Below, piece by piece: positions 12,945 to 25,363 of a DNA stretch of 64,000 nt. The position numbers were made by a program, and so were the translations under genes. A model generated the notes under the pieces. The model was not told where the DNA came from. It was given only the letters and a program-made list of their open reading frames with translations, and ran no database searches. The DNA comes from Squalus acanthias (taxonomy: Eukaryota): the NCBI GenBank assembly GCA_030390025.1, contig CM059433.1, positions 25,360,001 to 25,424,000 on the forward strand. Reading direction: 5' to 3'. How positions within the stretch are numbered: position 1 is the stretch's first letter; each line of letters opens with the position of its first letter.

Positions 12945-15030
12945 GGAGAATGGGGTCTCGGGGACAGATGGAGACTGGGGAATGGGGACTCGGGGAGAGA
13001 GATAGGGGAGACTGGGGAATGGGGACTCGGGGAGAGATGGGGACTGGGGACTTGGGGAGAAAGATGGAGACTGGGGAATGGGGGCTTAGGGGTGGGATGG
13101 AGACTGGGGAATGGGGTCTTGGGGGTAGAGGGAGACTGGGGAATGGGGGCTCAGGGGTGAGGTGGAGACTGGGGAATGGGGGCTCGGGGGTGACAGTTGA
13201 AGACTTGGAGGGTGAGATGGGGAATGGGGGCTTGGAGGGAGACTGGGGATGGGGTCTGGGGGTGAGATGGGGGCTGGGGTTGAAATGGAGATTGGGGAAT
13301 GGGGCTGGGGAGAGACGGAGACTGATTATGGGGGCTCATGGGGGAGAGATGGAGACTGGGGAATGGGGGCTTAGGGGTGAGCTGGGGAATGGGGTCTTGG
13401 GGGTAGAGGGAGACTGGGGAATGGGGGCTTAGGGGTGAGCTGGGGAATGGGGTCTTGGGGGTAGAGGGAGGCTGGGGAATGGGGGCTCAGGGGTGAGATG
13501 GGGAATGGGGGCTCAGGGGTGAGATGGGGAATGGAGGCTCAGGGGTAGAGGGAGACTGGGGAACGGGGTGAGAGATGGAAACTAGGGAATGGAAGCTCAG
13601 GGGAGAGATGGAGACAGGGGAATGGGGGCTCGGGAGTAGAGGGAGACTGCGGAATGGGGGCTGGAGGGTGAAATAGAGACTGGGGAATGGGGGCTCAGGG
13701 GGTGACAGATGAAGACTTGGAGGGTGAGATGGGGAATGGGGGCTTGGAGGGAGACTGGGGATGGGGTCTGGGGGTGAGATGGGGGCTGGGGTTGAAATGG
13801 AGATTGGGGAATGGGGCTGGGAGAGATGGAGACTGAGTATGGGGGCTCATGGGGGAGAGATGGAGACTGGGGAATGGGGGCTTAGGGGTGAGCTGGGGAA
13901 TGGGGTCTTGGGGGTAGAGGGAGGCTGGGGAATGGAGGCTCAGGGGTGAGATGGGAAATGGGGGCTCAGGGGTGAGATGGGGAATGGGGGTTCAGGGGTG
14001 AGATGGGGAATGGGGGCTCAGGGTTGGAGGGAGACTGGGGAATGGGGTGAGAGATGGAGACTAGGGAATGGAAGCTCGGGGGAGAGATGGAGTCTGGGGA
14101 ATGGGGGCTCGGGGGTAGAGGGAGACTGCGGAATGGGGGCTGGAGGGTGAAATAGAGAGTGGGGAATGAGGGCTCGGGGGTGACAGATGAAGACTTGGAG
14201 GGTGAGATGGGGAATGGGGGCTTGGAGGGAGACTGGGGATGGGGTCTGGGGGTGAGATGGGGGCTGGGGTTGAAATGGAGATTGGGGAATGGGGCTGGGG
14301 AGAGATGGAGACTGAGTATGGGGGCTCATGGAGGAGAGATGGAGACTGGGGAATGGGGGCTTAGGGGTGAGCTGGGGAATGGGGTCTTGGGGGTAGAGGG
14401 AGACTGGGGAATGGGGGCTTAGGGGTGAGCTGGGGAATGGGGTCTTGGGGGTAGAGGGAGGCTGGGGAATGGGGGCTCAGGGGTGAGATGGGGAATGGGG
14501 GCTCAGGGGTGAGATGGGGAATGGGGGCTCAGGGGTGAGATGGGGAATGGGGGCTCAGGGGTAGAGGGAGACTGGGAATGGGGTGAGAGATGGAGACTAG
14601 GGAATGGAAGCTCGGGGGAGAGATGGAGACTGGGGAATGGGGGCTCGGGGGTAGAGGGAGACTGCGGAATGGGGGCTGGAGGGTGAAATAGAGACTGGGG
14701 AATGGGGGCTCGGGGGGTGACAGATGAAGATTTGGAGGGTGAGATGGGGAATGGGGGCTTGGAGGGTGAGATGGGGAATGGGGCTGTGCTGAGATGGAGA
14801 TTGGGGGCTTGGAGGGAGACTGGGGATGGGGTCTGGGGGGTGAGATGGGGGCTGGGGTTGAAATGGAGATTGGGGAATGGGGCTGGGGAGAGATGGAGAC
14901 TGAGAATGGGGGCTTGTGGGGGGGAGAGATGGAGACTGGGGAATGGGGGCTCGGGGCAAGAGGGAGACTAGGGGCCAGGGGGATTGCTACTCGAGTGGGG
15001 GGTAGAGAGGGAGACTGGGGAATGTGGTGG
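12945..15030. repeat. G-rich minisatellite (GGAGACTGGGGAATGGGGGCTC-like) with about 0.5-kb higher-order periodicity
   Basis: Dense GGGG tracts; marker GGGGTGACAG(T/A)TGAAGA(C/T)TTGGAGGG recurs near 13187, 13700, 14177 and 14715. Confidence 0.9.
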
Positions 15031-15954
15031 GCGTGGGGCCCAGTATTTCCCGCAGAGCTGGGGGCAGCAGCAGCAATCCAGTGAATGGGGGCGGCGCTGA
15101 GAGAGGAGCATCAATAATGGGGTAAGTAAAACCTGGGGACCTTACTGTGGGTAAATAGGGATGGAGACTGAGGATTCCCACTGGAAGAACCAAGATGGAA
15201 GGTTCTTGAACTCAGGCCTATTGGACCATGGGATACATCACCACATGGCTATTGAGGCAAACCAGACCGTTGTTTAAAAGGGAATGGGATAAATATTTGA
15301 AAAGGAGGAATATAAAAGGATCTGGGGGGAATGGGGTTACAGGAGAGAGCGAGAGCACGGGGACCGGGGGCCGAATGGCCTCCTCCTGTGTTGTAATTTC
15401 TATAATTCTATGAAAACTCTAGGGAGTGGTTTCGAAATGTTGGTGCTGGGCTGAGTTTAGGACAATGTGCCCTGTGAGAAGTGCCCCAAACACAGCCCAC
15501 TGCCCTTTGTGCGATCTCTTGGTTTGGTTCAGGTCAGTCTGTACCGCCCGGTTTTGATGTATGAAGTCCAAGTACGGATCAGCTCTGACTGAGGTTCACA
15601 GTTCAGAATTGTTACCTTCACATGGAACTGGAGTCCAAACCTGAGTCTAAGGAGATAGGGAGAGAGATGAGGCCTGTTAAAAGTGGCATTGACTGAGAAG
15701 CCTGATCGAACCTTGTGCAGTGCAAGGGGAGTTGTGGTTATGGTTTCAAGGTGAATATCAGGGGGGTTATAGGATTACTACTCGTTACAGGTACGATATT
15801 CTCGATCTATTATTACCAGCTACCTATAGACTATCAGTGAGTTATCGTATTACTGTTGGTTATGAGGGAAATCTTAGTGTTACCAGTATTACTATCGGTT
15901 ATCAGTGCAATTCGTGCCCTGTAAACAACAAATTAAATGAATGTATTTTTGATG

Positions 15955-16210
15955 GTCTCAGTTGAGGGAAGAATGTTGGCTTGGTTCAGAAGTACTCCTT
16001 GTTCTTCTTCCAATAATGCCATGGGATCTTGTATATTCACCAGAATAGGCCTCAGTTTAACATTCCATCTGAAAGACAGCACCTCCAACAATGCAGCACT
16101 CCCTCAGCATTTTACAAATATCAGCCTATAGATCATGTGCTCCAGTTCCAGCAGGGAGCTTGATACCATAACCTTCTGACCAGAGGCAAGAGTGCTACCA
16201 ACTGAGACAA
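15955..16210 (-). mobile_element. Degraded Deu-domain tRNA SINE
   Basis: Reverse-complement similarity to the SINE at 22450-22899. Confidence 0.65.
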
Positions 16211-16324
16211 GCAGAAGAATGGAACTAAGCACTTAAAATATTGACTAAAACCTGTTTAATAATTGTGTTGTTTTTTTATTTTCTCTGCTCTTCCCCCTTC
16301 TATCATACTGTGACAACGATGGGT

Positions 16325-16670
16325 GCTCTCCAGCAGCTTTCCCGAGTGGCTATTCCTCATGTGTGAACTAGGCGGTGGATGTTGGCAAGCTATTCAATTA
16401 TAAAGAGCGTCACAACCAAGCCTAACCTTGTCCTCATCTGATGTCCACACATGCGCACCTTCCAGCGAGGCAGTCACTGGATAGCAAACACTACCAGGAA
16501 CTCTGGGTGATTTCCCCGCAACCCCCTCCCCCTACCACCCTTGCTAGCATAGGGGTGTTGGTGCCAATTGTAGCACTCTAACTGCTGCCCTAACTAAGAT
16601 AAGCTAGCTCAGTCCAGACCTGAATTCAAACCCGGAAACTTACTGGTCAGTAATGCTCAGGCCTACAGCA
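16325..16670 (-). mobile_element. Second tRNA-like SINE family, degraded
   Basis: Shares TGATGTCCACACAT, CCTAA(C/T)CTTG and (A)GCTAGCTCAG-type blocks with 45350-45660 and 44975-45240. Confidence 0.5.
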
Positions 16671-16784
16671 TGCAGTTTTTTTCTTTATATGGGGTCTTGT
16701 CGAGAAGAGAGGCCAGCCAGACTGGCAGGCTTAATGTCCTTCACACATAATTGACACAGTAATGGTTTTGTGATGCTATGAACA

Positions 16785-16963
16785 AATAGCAAAAATCCTG
16801 CAGATGCTGGAAATCTGAAACTAAAACAGAAAATGCTGGAAACTCTGAGCATTATCTGTGGAGAGAACGGATTAAGTTCTGATGATGAGTCCACTCCTGA
16901 AATGTTAACTGCCCTGATGCTGCCTGACCTGTTGTGTATTTCCAACAGTTTCTGTTTTTGTTT
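16785..16963. mobile_element. Short fold-back Penelope family B remnant
   Basis: Minus-strand pLTR end with tail (GCAAAAATCCTGCAGATGCTGGAAATCTGAAA) joined to a plus-strand pLTR end with a degenerate hammerhead. Confidence 0.7.
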
Positions 16964-18084
16964 GTGATGCAATGATCTGTTTCGGTGTGTTTGACAAGTG
17001 CTGGGGAAAAACAATTGTTAAACACTATTATTAAAGCCTTTAACATGTCTTTAAAATGTCTGGCAAAAGACAAGTATGAATCAGCAGTCTGAGTGTGGAA
17101 TTGTATTTTGGTTGTAAATAAAGGTACTGTGATAATTCCATAAATAACTAAAGAAATAAAGGTAAACTATTTATTGTTGAAGATAAAATTGTCTTGAGGT
17201 AATGTTTGCTTAGCTGCTTGAAACTGAGCCATATTTGTATTAAAATGTATTTATCCTTTAGTGTTATTAAGCATAAATGTGTATTTTTTTAATCTAATAT
17301 CATACTCTTCCAGATCAAAGGTATTTGACATTTGAATGAATCTATTGAAAACCAACACCAGGATTTTTCCCATATATGCCAAGGAAACCTGGAAAGGGGA
17401 ATTTTTTTGTTAAAATCAACCAAAATTCCCACAACTGACCTGTTGATTAGAAATACATTTTCATGGGCAGTCAAAGTGGAGTCCGCTGCGATCTATGTTG
17501 CAGAAATGTTTCTGAAGAACATTGGAGTTTCTCTTTGTTTTACAGCTGCCAACGGAAGGCAGAACTTTTAAAGTAGGATTGCGATAAACTTGTTGACATC
17601 TGTTCTGGATGACAGCTAATTGTGTAGTTGTGGTAATAACTGAGTCTGTTGAAAACACGTTTTCATAATTGTATTGCCTCCACACCTTAAAGACTCATGA
17701 ACTTTGCAGGGATCAGAGTTCACATCTTGTTAAATGGGAGGAAGATATGACTGTCAGAGTTAGGGATGCCACCTTTTACCATGTCCAAAACTGAGCAGGG
17801 ACATGTGTAGGTACAGGGCTGGGCAGAAAGGGTGGCTGGTAGGGTCATGATATTAATTATGATGTTTGCTTTGGTCATGAAGGAAATTCACTGCAAATTT
17901 TAAGAACTTAACCAATCATAGGAAACTGAGAAAAGTGAACTTCTGTCATAAAAAACTGGATATTCGACTTTCAATTCACATTTCAGCAATTTCTAGACAG
18001 ACCACTCATAAACTAGGGAATCAAATCAAAAGTCAGATGGGTGACAGTCCTGGTCAGTCTCCAGTATTGGTGTTTAATTCACTG

Positions 18085-18305
18085 CCACTTCTCTTCCAGG
18101 AATGCCCACCTTGACGAAGTTCTGCTCTTCTCTCCGACGGGATTTCACTTCATCTCTTTTACCTTGTTACTTGCTTAAAACCTGTTAAGTCTCTAACTTT
18201 TTTCCAGTTCTAATGAAAGGTAATTGACCTGAAACGTTAACTCTGTTTCTCTCTCCACAGATGCTGCCTAACCTGCTGAGTGTTTCCAGCATTTTCTGTT
18301 TTTAT
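18085..18305 (+). mobile_element. Penelope family B pLTR fragment
   Basis: TTCCAGTTCTAATGAAAGGTAATTGACCTGAAACGTTAACTCTGTTTCTCTCTCCACAGATGCTGCC. Confidence 0.75.
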
Positions 18306-18416
18306 TTGTCTTTTCTTGGTCTGGTAGCTGTCCCTTTACATCAGGCACAATACATAAGATTTTCAAAGCCACCTGTAGCCCCAACTTATTGTTGTCTATG
18401 TTATCAAGTTTGTTGT

Positions 18417-18628
18417 GATGTGGAGATGCCGGTGTTGGACTGGGGTGGACAAAAGTGAGAAGTCGCACAACACCAGGTTATAGTCCAACAGCTTTATTTG
18501 AAATCACAAGCTTTCGGAGCGCTGCTCCTTCGTCAGGTGAAGTTCACCTGACGAAGGAGCAGCGCTCCGAAAGCTTGTGATTTCAAATAAAGCTGTTAGA
18601 CTATAACCTGGTGTTGTGCGACTTCTCA
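18417..18628. mobile_element. 212-bp palindromic Penelope family A mini-element (86-bp arms plus 39-nt tail), 14-bp TSD
   Basis: Arms 18456-18541 and 18543-18628 with one mismatch; TSD ATCAAGTTTGTTGT at 18403-18416 and 18629-18642; same termini as 28750-30536. Confidence 0.92.
18544..18580 (+). ncRNA. Minimal type I hammerhead ribozyme motif (mirror copy on - at 18504-18540)
   Basis: TCAC-CTGACGA-A-GGAGC agc GCTCC-GAA-AGCT-T-GTGA: stem I, catalytic core, stem II, palindromic stem III. Confidence 0.75.
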
Positions 18629-18671
18629 ATCAAGTTTGTTGTTATAGTCCCTCTATATCAGACTTCAAGGC

Positions 18672-19018
18672 AGTGTCAGCCATGGCTCAGTTGGTAGAAT
18701 TCTCACCTCTGAGTCAGAAGGTTGTGGGTTCAAGTTCTGAGAATCTAGGCTGACACTCCAGTGCAGTACTGAGGAAGTGCTGCACTGTCGGAGGTGCTGT
18801 CTTTCGGATGAGACGTTAAACCGAGGCCCCATCTGACCTCTCAGGTGGGCGTAAAAGATCCCTTGGCATGATTTCGAAGAAGAGCACGTGAGTTCTCCTT
18901 GGTTTCCTGACCAATGTTTACCCCTCAACCAACATCATTAAAATAGATTATCAGGTCATTATCACATTGCTCTTTGTGGGACCTTGCTGTGCATAAATTG
19001 TCTGCCACGTTTCCTACG
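18672..19018 (+). mobile_element. Deu-domain tRNA-derived SINE (SacSINE1/AmnSINE-like)
   Basis: A box TGGCTCAGTTGG, B box GGTTCAAGT; Deu core GATGAGACGTTAAACCGAGGCCCC. Confidence 0.85.
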
Positions 19019-19019
19019 T

Positions 19020-19080
19020 CAGTGTTTCTCAACTGGGGGTCCGCGGCCCTCTAGGGGTCCGCGAGATAATTTCAGGGGGA
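19020..19080 (+). mobile_element. hAT/Charlie-like transposon end
   Basis: CAGTGTTTCTCAACTGGGGGTCCGCGG terminus; partner end not found. Confidence 0.45.
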
Positions 19081-19725
19081 CTGCCAGTTGGTTTATCCCA
19101 TCAATATTTATGCCATAAACATCAGTAGTCTCCACTATATACTGAGACGAGTAGAATAGTCTCAGCGATACAAAGACTGTGCATGCGCAGTCAATTCAGG
19201 TTCTTACTGTTGGATGCTATTTGAATGCTTAGACAAGTCCCTTTGCTGTCACTGACTTTTACAGCGGTATTTATCTTGGTAAGTTTTATTTTGATCCAGC
19301 CCTATTCACTTCCATGTTCATAAACCATTCGCCGCTATTAACTATTAAATAAAATAATGGCAGTTTTAACTTCTCCTCTGGGGGATTAAAACCTAAGTTG
19401 GGGGCAGGGAAATCTGCAAGTTAAGCTGGCGTTGCGGGTGCCAAGGTAGTGTGAGCCTTCCTTTCAACCCTTTTCTTTCCCCTCATGCGGAGCCGCCCTG
19501 TGTCAGTTGGAAGCGCTTGCACGTTTGAAAAGAGCGCTATCAAAGGAAAGAGTGCGCGGGCGCCACATGGCCTTGGAGTGGGGAAGGAAACAAAGAGACT
19601 TTCCAGTCTGGACCTGCGGCAAGGCCGTAATAATCGGGATCCAATGTGACTCTCTCCTTCAATGTCTTCAGTCTGAGTTAATAAAATTGCTGAAGGCGTT
19701 ATCACGATTTTTGGCTGTGGCTGAC

Positions 19726-19755
19726 TGTCAGCTGCGGCTCAGTGGGTCGCACTCT
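19726..19755 (+). mobile_element. 5' head of a Deu SINE split by the Tx1 insertion
   Basis: TGTCAGCTGCGGCTCAGTGGGTCGCACTCT continues as TGCCTCTGAGTCAG at about 22453; compare the intact copy at 48236. Confidence 0.85.
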
Positions 19756-19879
19756 CTAGGTAGGAGGGTCTAGGAGTGAGCAGGTGCTGCTGGGTGCTTG
19801 ATTACTGCAGAGAGTTGGAGTGTGTTTGTAAAAAGTTTGTAAAGTGTGCCGGGCCCCTCAGAGGACAATGTGCCCAGGA

Positions 19880-21206
19880 TGAATTTAATCAGGGGAGAAA
19901 ATGTTGTGGAAGGGAGGAAAAAAGGTTCAACAATTTGGGCCGGGACCCCAGGAGGTTTGGAAAAGAAAACACGGTGGTGGTTCAGTGCGAGGATAAGGAG
20001 ATACGAGCTTGGGATATTATCCAGGCGGTACATGAGGACTGCGGTGAGGGAAACTGCTTTGCCTGCCGACCAAAGCCGAATGTTGGGTTTGAGGTGCGTC
20101 AGTGGCTGAGAGGAGGTGGAAAGACATTTACTGAGTTTGAAGGTTGGAGATAAGTTCTTGGAGGCATCTCTGCTATATTCTGAAGAGGTGGCGGTCTCAT
20201 TCTTAAACCTGTCGGTTTATATTGAGGACGACGTGCTAATAAAAAATTTGGAGTCGTGGGACATTAAAGTTTGCTCAGCAATAAAGAGGAGATACTATCC
20301 TGGAATGCGGGTAGCAGATGGAACCCGTTATGTAAAGGTGCGGTTCCCAGAGGGGGCGAAGTCATTGCTGTATAGCATGAAATTCGAGACAATGGAAGGA
20401 GTGCAGTACTTCCGGGTACTGCATGATAACCAGGTGAAGGTTTGTTATTATTGTTTTGGACACGACCATCATGCAAGAAGCTGTCCAGACTTGTACTGTT
20501 ATAACTGCAGCGAGTCTGGACACATCGCTCGGAGCTGCAAGGTGGAGAGCTGTGGGGTGTGTCACAAAGGTCCTAAAGAATCTGGTGTCTGCGGGGGGGG
20601 AGAGGAGGCGGGAGCGGGGTGCAGGGTAAGGGTAAGTACTCCAAAGAAAGACGGGGAGTTGAACATCTCGGGGAGCAGGAGGGGGCAAGACAAGGAGAGG
20701 GTGCAAGAGGCAGGGGCCTTAAAGGGGCAGCAGGACGGGAGCAAGGAGACAAAGACGCCAGAAGGGAGCAAGATAGGTGCAGATGCGCCATTGTCCTAGA
20801 GAGAGAAGAAATGGGGAGCAAGGGTCAGCGGTGGAGATGCCGCCGAAGGGAGTGGCACTGTTGGAGAAACCGTAATTGCAGGAAGACTCTCTAAGGGAGA
20901 TTATGTACCTGACAGGGAGCAGGGACGGGAGGTTACAGAAGAGCTCGAGAGTGAGGAATCAGAGGGGGCAGAGACATGGAAGTGGGGGGTGGGGTGGCAT
21001 CATGTGGAAAGGGAAAAGTGCGTGAGGGGCAGAAGGAGGGAGGAGGTGCAGCTCCTCGGCCCAAGTCTAATGTAAGGAAGAGGCTGAAACTGCAGGGAAG
21101 GTTCAAACAGAAGGTGAAAAAGAGCTGGAGGTTGCAGGAGAAAGCAACAGCTGCCCGAAAAGTTGGGAAGGAGCATGAGAGGAGGGAAGGGCTGGAGAGT
21201 AAATGA
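19880..21206 (+). pseudogene. Tx1 ORF1 (gag-like zinc-knuckle protein), frameshifted
   Basis: RRYYPGMRVADGTRYVKVRFP...YFRVLHDNQVKVCYYCFGHDHHARSCPDLYCYNCSESGHIARSC (two CX2CX4HX4C motifs). Confidence 0.8.
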
Positions 21207-21244
21207 TGGGGGGATTATCAGACACACTTCCCTTATTCGGAGCC

Positions 21245-22275
21245 ATGATTACATTGGTCTCGATTAATCTGAATGGACTGAGGGGTGAGAAGAAATTGCA
21301 GCAGTTGTTGCAGTGTTTTAAAGGCACTGACTTGTTGTGTCTGCAAGAAACCTTTTGGGATGAGGATACCCTAGAAAGAGTTCAGAAGGTTTGGAAGAGA
21401 GAGGTGTTTGCAAGTTGTGCAAACAATAACCGTAGAGGGGTGGCTGTTTTGGTGAGTCCGTCCATGAAAGAGAACTTTGCCTTGGTGGACAAGGACACTG
21501 AGGGGAGATTTTTACGGCTAAAGGTAAAAATGGAGGAATTTAATTGCGATCTCTTTAATATCTATGCACCGAACGACTTTTGCAAGCGTCGTGAGTTTTT
21601 TCGGTGGTTATTCACTGAAGTGGCAGATGTGGAAAATCCTTGTATAGAGGGGGATTTTAATGTATTTTTATCTTGGATGGACATTTCAGCCCAGATGATC
21701 TTTAAGGATGATAACTCCAGAGGGATGATTGTAAAAATGATGGCAAATTTAAATTTGAGAGACTTATGGAGGGATCGGAACCCCATAAAAAGGGAGTTCT
21801 TCAGAAGAGGTTGGTGGGTGATGTTTTAAAACAAAGCCAAATAGATTTTGTGTTAATGCGGGAAGGGTTAAGTTCTGAGATGATGGAGATTTATTACAAA
21901 AAAGTATTTTTTAGTGACCACTCGGCTTTGGTTCTTAGAATTCGGAGCGTTAAGATCGGTCCAGGGGTGTGGATTTTAAACAATCAATACCTGAAAGAAA
22001 TTGCTTATAAAGAAGGGATTTTAAATTTAATAAAGAATGCTTTATTCATGAAAGAAAGAAGAGTTTGGTGGGACAATTTCAAATATGAGGTAAAAGTTTT
22101 TTCGGTATGTTATGGGAAAGAGAGAGCAGCAGCTAACCGGCATCAAGAAGAGAATATAAACAAAAGATTTACGGATATCTGTAAAGCAGTTGACGGAGGG
22201 GATAAGGGTTATAAGGCACTCTGGATGTTTTATTCAGAAAGAAATTTAAAGATAGTATTTTATGATCAATTTTGA
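21245..22275 (+). pseudogene. Tx1 ORF2 N-terminus (APE endonuclease), frameshifted near 21800
   Basis: SINLNGL, LCLQET, RRGVAVL, NIYAPN, GDFN, IDF, FSDHS, GPGVWILN. Confidence 0.88.
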
Positions 22276-22449
22276 AAATAAAATAGATTAATATATGTTA
22301 CAGGAGACAAATTAAATTTCAGGATTTGATGTTAATATGTGGTGGAGGAATGGCTGTACAGAGCTGCGGAATGGATTTGAATGATACAATGGAATGATCA
22401 TGATGTTGTAAATGTTTTTAATGTTCAATAAATAATACATTTTAAAAAA

Positions 22450-22899
22450 TCTTGCCTCTGAGTCAGAAAGTTGTGGGTTCAAGTCCCACTCCAGACTTGA
22501 GCACAAAAATCTAGGCTGACACTCCAGTGCAGTGCTGAGGGAGTGCTGCACTGTCGGCGGTGCCGTCTTTCGGATGAGACGTTAAACCGAGGCCCCGTCT
22601 GCTCTCACAGGTGGACGTAAATGATCCCATGGCACTATTTCGAAGAAGAGCAGGTGAGTTAGCCCCCGTGTCCTGGCCAATATTTATCCGTCAATCAATA
22701 TCACCGAAAATCAGATTTGCTGGTCATTATCACGTTGCTGTTTGTGGGAGCTTGCTGTGCGCAAATTGGCTGTCGCTTTTCCTACATTACAAAAGTGACT
22801 ACACTTCAAAAAAGTATTTCATTGGCTGTAAAGCGTTTTGGGACATCCTGAGGTCGTGAAAGGCGCTATATAAATGCAAGTCTTTCTTTCTTTTCTTTC
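22450..22899 (+). mobile_element. Remainder of the split Deu SINE
   Basis: B box, Deu core, tail AAGGCGCTATATAAATGCAAGTCTTTCTTTC. Confidence 0.9.
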
Positions 22900-23962
22900 A
22901 AGTTGGCCGGCAGGTTCAGGGGATTAAGAGATATGCCGTGAGTTCGGAACCTCCAGAACTTGCTTCACACAAACGGCATCTCACCCTTAGCCTCCCCTTT
23001 CTTTTTAAGAACTTGCTGGATTTGCACATTAATTGCTCATTAGTCTGGTAAATAACAGCGTCAGTAACTTTTTAACGTGATAATTGTTAATGCAAGGCCA
23101 AGTAATCTCTCCAGACCAGAAATTAAAAGAAAACTGTTGAGTCTCATTCCTTCATGTGGTAAGTTGTTCTTAGAAATTTTTAAAATGTCAAATTTTAATT
23201 TTTTTCTTACTTTTCCTTTTCTGTCTCATTTTTCTCTCTCTGAACCCAAACTTGCTTTCCATCTAATTATTTCTCTTCCTGTACCTGATTTGACTCTCAT
23301 TCACCCTCCTTCTCAGTCGTTCCTGTTTCTTTCTCAATCCTTAAATCTCATTGGTTAAGGAGACAGACTATTAGTCCCGCCATTCACTGGGGTCTCAGAT
23401 GCCCTGTTGCCCTTGCCACGCCGTTATCAGCTCGCGTTTGCAGAAAGTTATGGAGCAAAAAAATGTTTGAGCTGAAGGGTGCAGAAAGTCTAACTAATGG
23501 GACACGCCATGAGATGTCCCACTCCAGCATGATCTGGCCCAGTGAATGTGATTACTGATACCAGCCAATGAATTGCTCATTGTTTACAATCTTGGGGGAT
23601 AACAACCTTCAATAGCATATTAAATACCTATCGCCTCAGGGTCTTTTCGTGTGTTCATATATTTAACTTGTGCAAATACACCATGCCATAAACTACAACA
23701 CGGTAAAGCACCTCTTTTTCAAAATCCTTTCCCTGGAAATATTGGTCAGAAAAACCCAAAACGTGACAGTATAGTTGAATCAAACACACTGAGATCTTCA
23801 TTGCAAGGCAGGTACATTTTTATCTATCTCTCACAGCTCTTAAGGAGTTAAAAAAAAGGGAGAGTTTTTTATACAGCAGTTGTTTATAGGCAGCCAGTTG
23901 AGAACGGAGAGGTTCCCGAACTGAGGCAAGTCAGTCTGAATGGCAGGTGCCCTTGTTCGGAA

Positions 23963-25363
23963 CTTCATCAACTTTGCTCTCAATTTCCACCCTTCCCTCA
24001 CCTTCACATGGACCATCTCTGACTCTTCTCTTCCTTTCCTCAACTTCTCTATCTCCATTTCTGGGGATAGGCTGTTGACCAATATCTACTATAATCCCAC
24101 CGACTCCCACAGCTACCTTGACTCCACTTCCTCTCACCCCGCTTCCTGTAAGGACTCCATTCCATTCTCCCAGTTTCTCCGTCTCCATCGCATCTGTTCT
24201 GATGATACCACCTTCCATACTAGTACTTCCGATATGTCTTCCTTTTTCCTCAACCAAGGATTCCCCTCCACCGTGCTTAATAGGGTCCTCGGACGTGTCC
24301 GCCCCATTTCCTGCACTTCTGCTCTCACCCCTTCCCTTCATCTCCAAGACCAAAATAGGGTTCCCTTTGTCCTCACCTTCCACCCCACCAGCCTTCACAT
24401 TCAATGGATCATCCTCCGCCATTTCCGCCTCCTCTAGCATGATGCCACCACCAAACACATCTTCCCCTCTCCTTTCAGCATTCCAAAGGGACCGATCCCT
24501 CCGCGACACCCTGTTCCACTCTTCAACCACCTTCAACTACCCCGCCCCTTCCCATGGCACCTTCCCGTGCAAGTGCATGAGATGCAAAACCTGCCCTTTT
24601 ATCTCCTCCCTTCCCACCATCCAGGGCCTCAAACACTCATTCCAGGTGAAAAAGCGATTTATTTATACTTCTTTCAATTTAGTATACTGTATTCGCTGCT
24701 CACGATGTGGTCTCCTCTACAGAGGAGACCAAACGTAGATAGGGTGATCGCTTTGCGGAACACCTCCGTTCAGTCCGCAAGCGTGACCCTCAGCTTCCGG
24801 TCACCTGTAATTTTAATTCTCCACCCCACTTCCACTCTGACCTCTCTGTCCTCGGCCTTCTACACTGTTCCAATGACGCTCAATGGAAGCTTGAAGAACA
24901 GCACCTCATCTTTCGATTAGGCAATTTACAGCCTTCCGGACTCAACAATGAGTTCAACAATTTTAGATCATAGCCACTGCTCCCATTTTCTCAGACAGCA
25001 GCTGTTGGTAATGATTCTGCTATTGCCATTTACACCTCCTCTAGACCCATCTTTTGTTTCTTTACTTGTCCCATTACCACCCAATTTTTGCCTTGCAACA
25101 TCATCCCTTTTGTCATTTAATCACTCCTGCCTTCCACCCTATCACAGACCTTCCCTTTTGTTCTGTCCTCCATCCCCTCTTTCCCTGCATCTGAATTTGC
25201 TTAAAACCTGTTACATCTGTAACATTTTCCAGTTCTGATGAAAGGTCATCGACCTGAAACGTTAACTCTGTTTCTCTCTCTACAGATGCTGCCTGATTTG
25301 CTGATTATTTCCAGCATTTTCTGTTTTTATTTCAGATTTCCAGCATCTGCAGTATTTTCCTTT
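23963..25363 (+). mobile_element. 5'-truncated Penelope family B element (RT C-terminus, GIY-YIG, pLTR)
   Basis: YLDSTSSHPASCKDSIPFSQFLRLHRICS; NLVYCIRCSRCGLLY; TSD TGCCCTTGTT(C/A)GGAA at 23948-23962 and 25364-25378. Confidence 0.9.
25231..25267 (+). ncRNA. Minimal hammerhead ribozyme motif (family B)
   Basis: AGTT-CTGATGA-A-AGGTC atc GACCT-GAA-ACGT-T-AACT. Confidence 0.75.

Larger units (their letters stand above)
19756..22449 (+). mobile_element. Tx1-clade (L1 group) non-LTR retrotransposon lacking the RT domain
   Basis: ORF1 with CCHC knuckles, ORF2 APE endonuclease, then AATAAA and a short A-rich end; no RT motifs. Confidence 0.85.

Noticed and set aside
12884..15084. Gly/Trp-rich ORFs
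   Set aside because: Derived from the G-rich satellite
18672..18740. tRNA genes (also at 19726 and 48236)
   Set aside because: A/B boxes continue into SINE bodies; no full cloverleaf
20116..20799. Host ZCCHC3-like zinc-knuckle gene
   Set aside because: Frameshifted, followed directly by an APE ORF2, and inserted in a SINE; it is Tx1 ORF1
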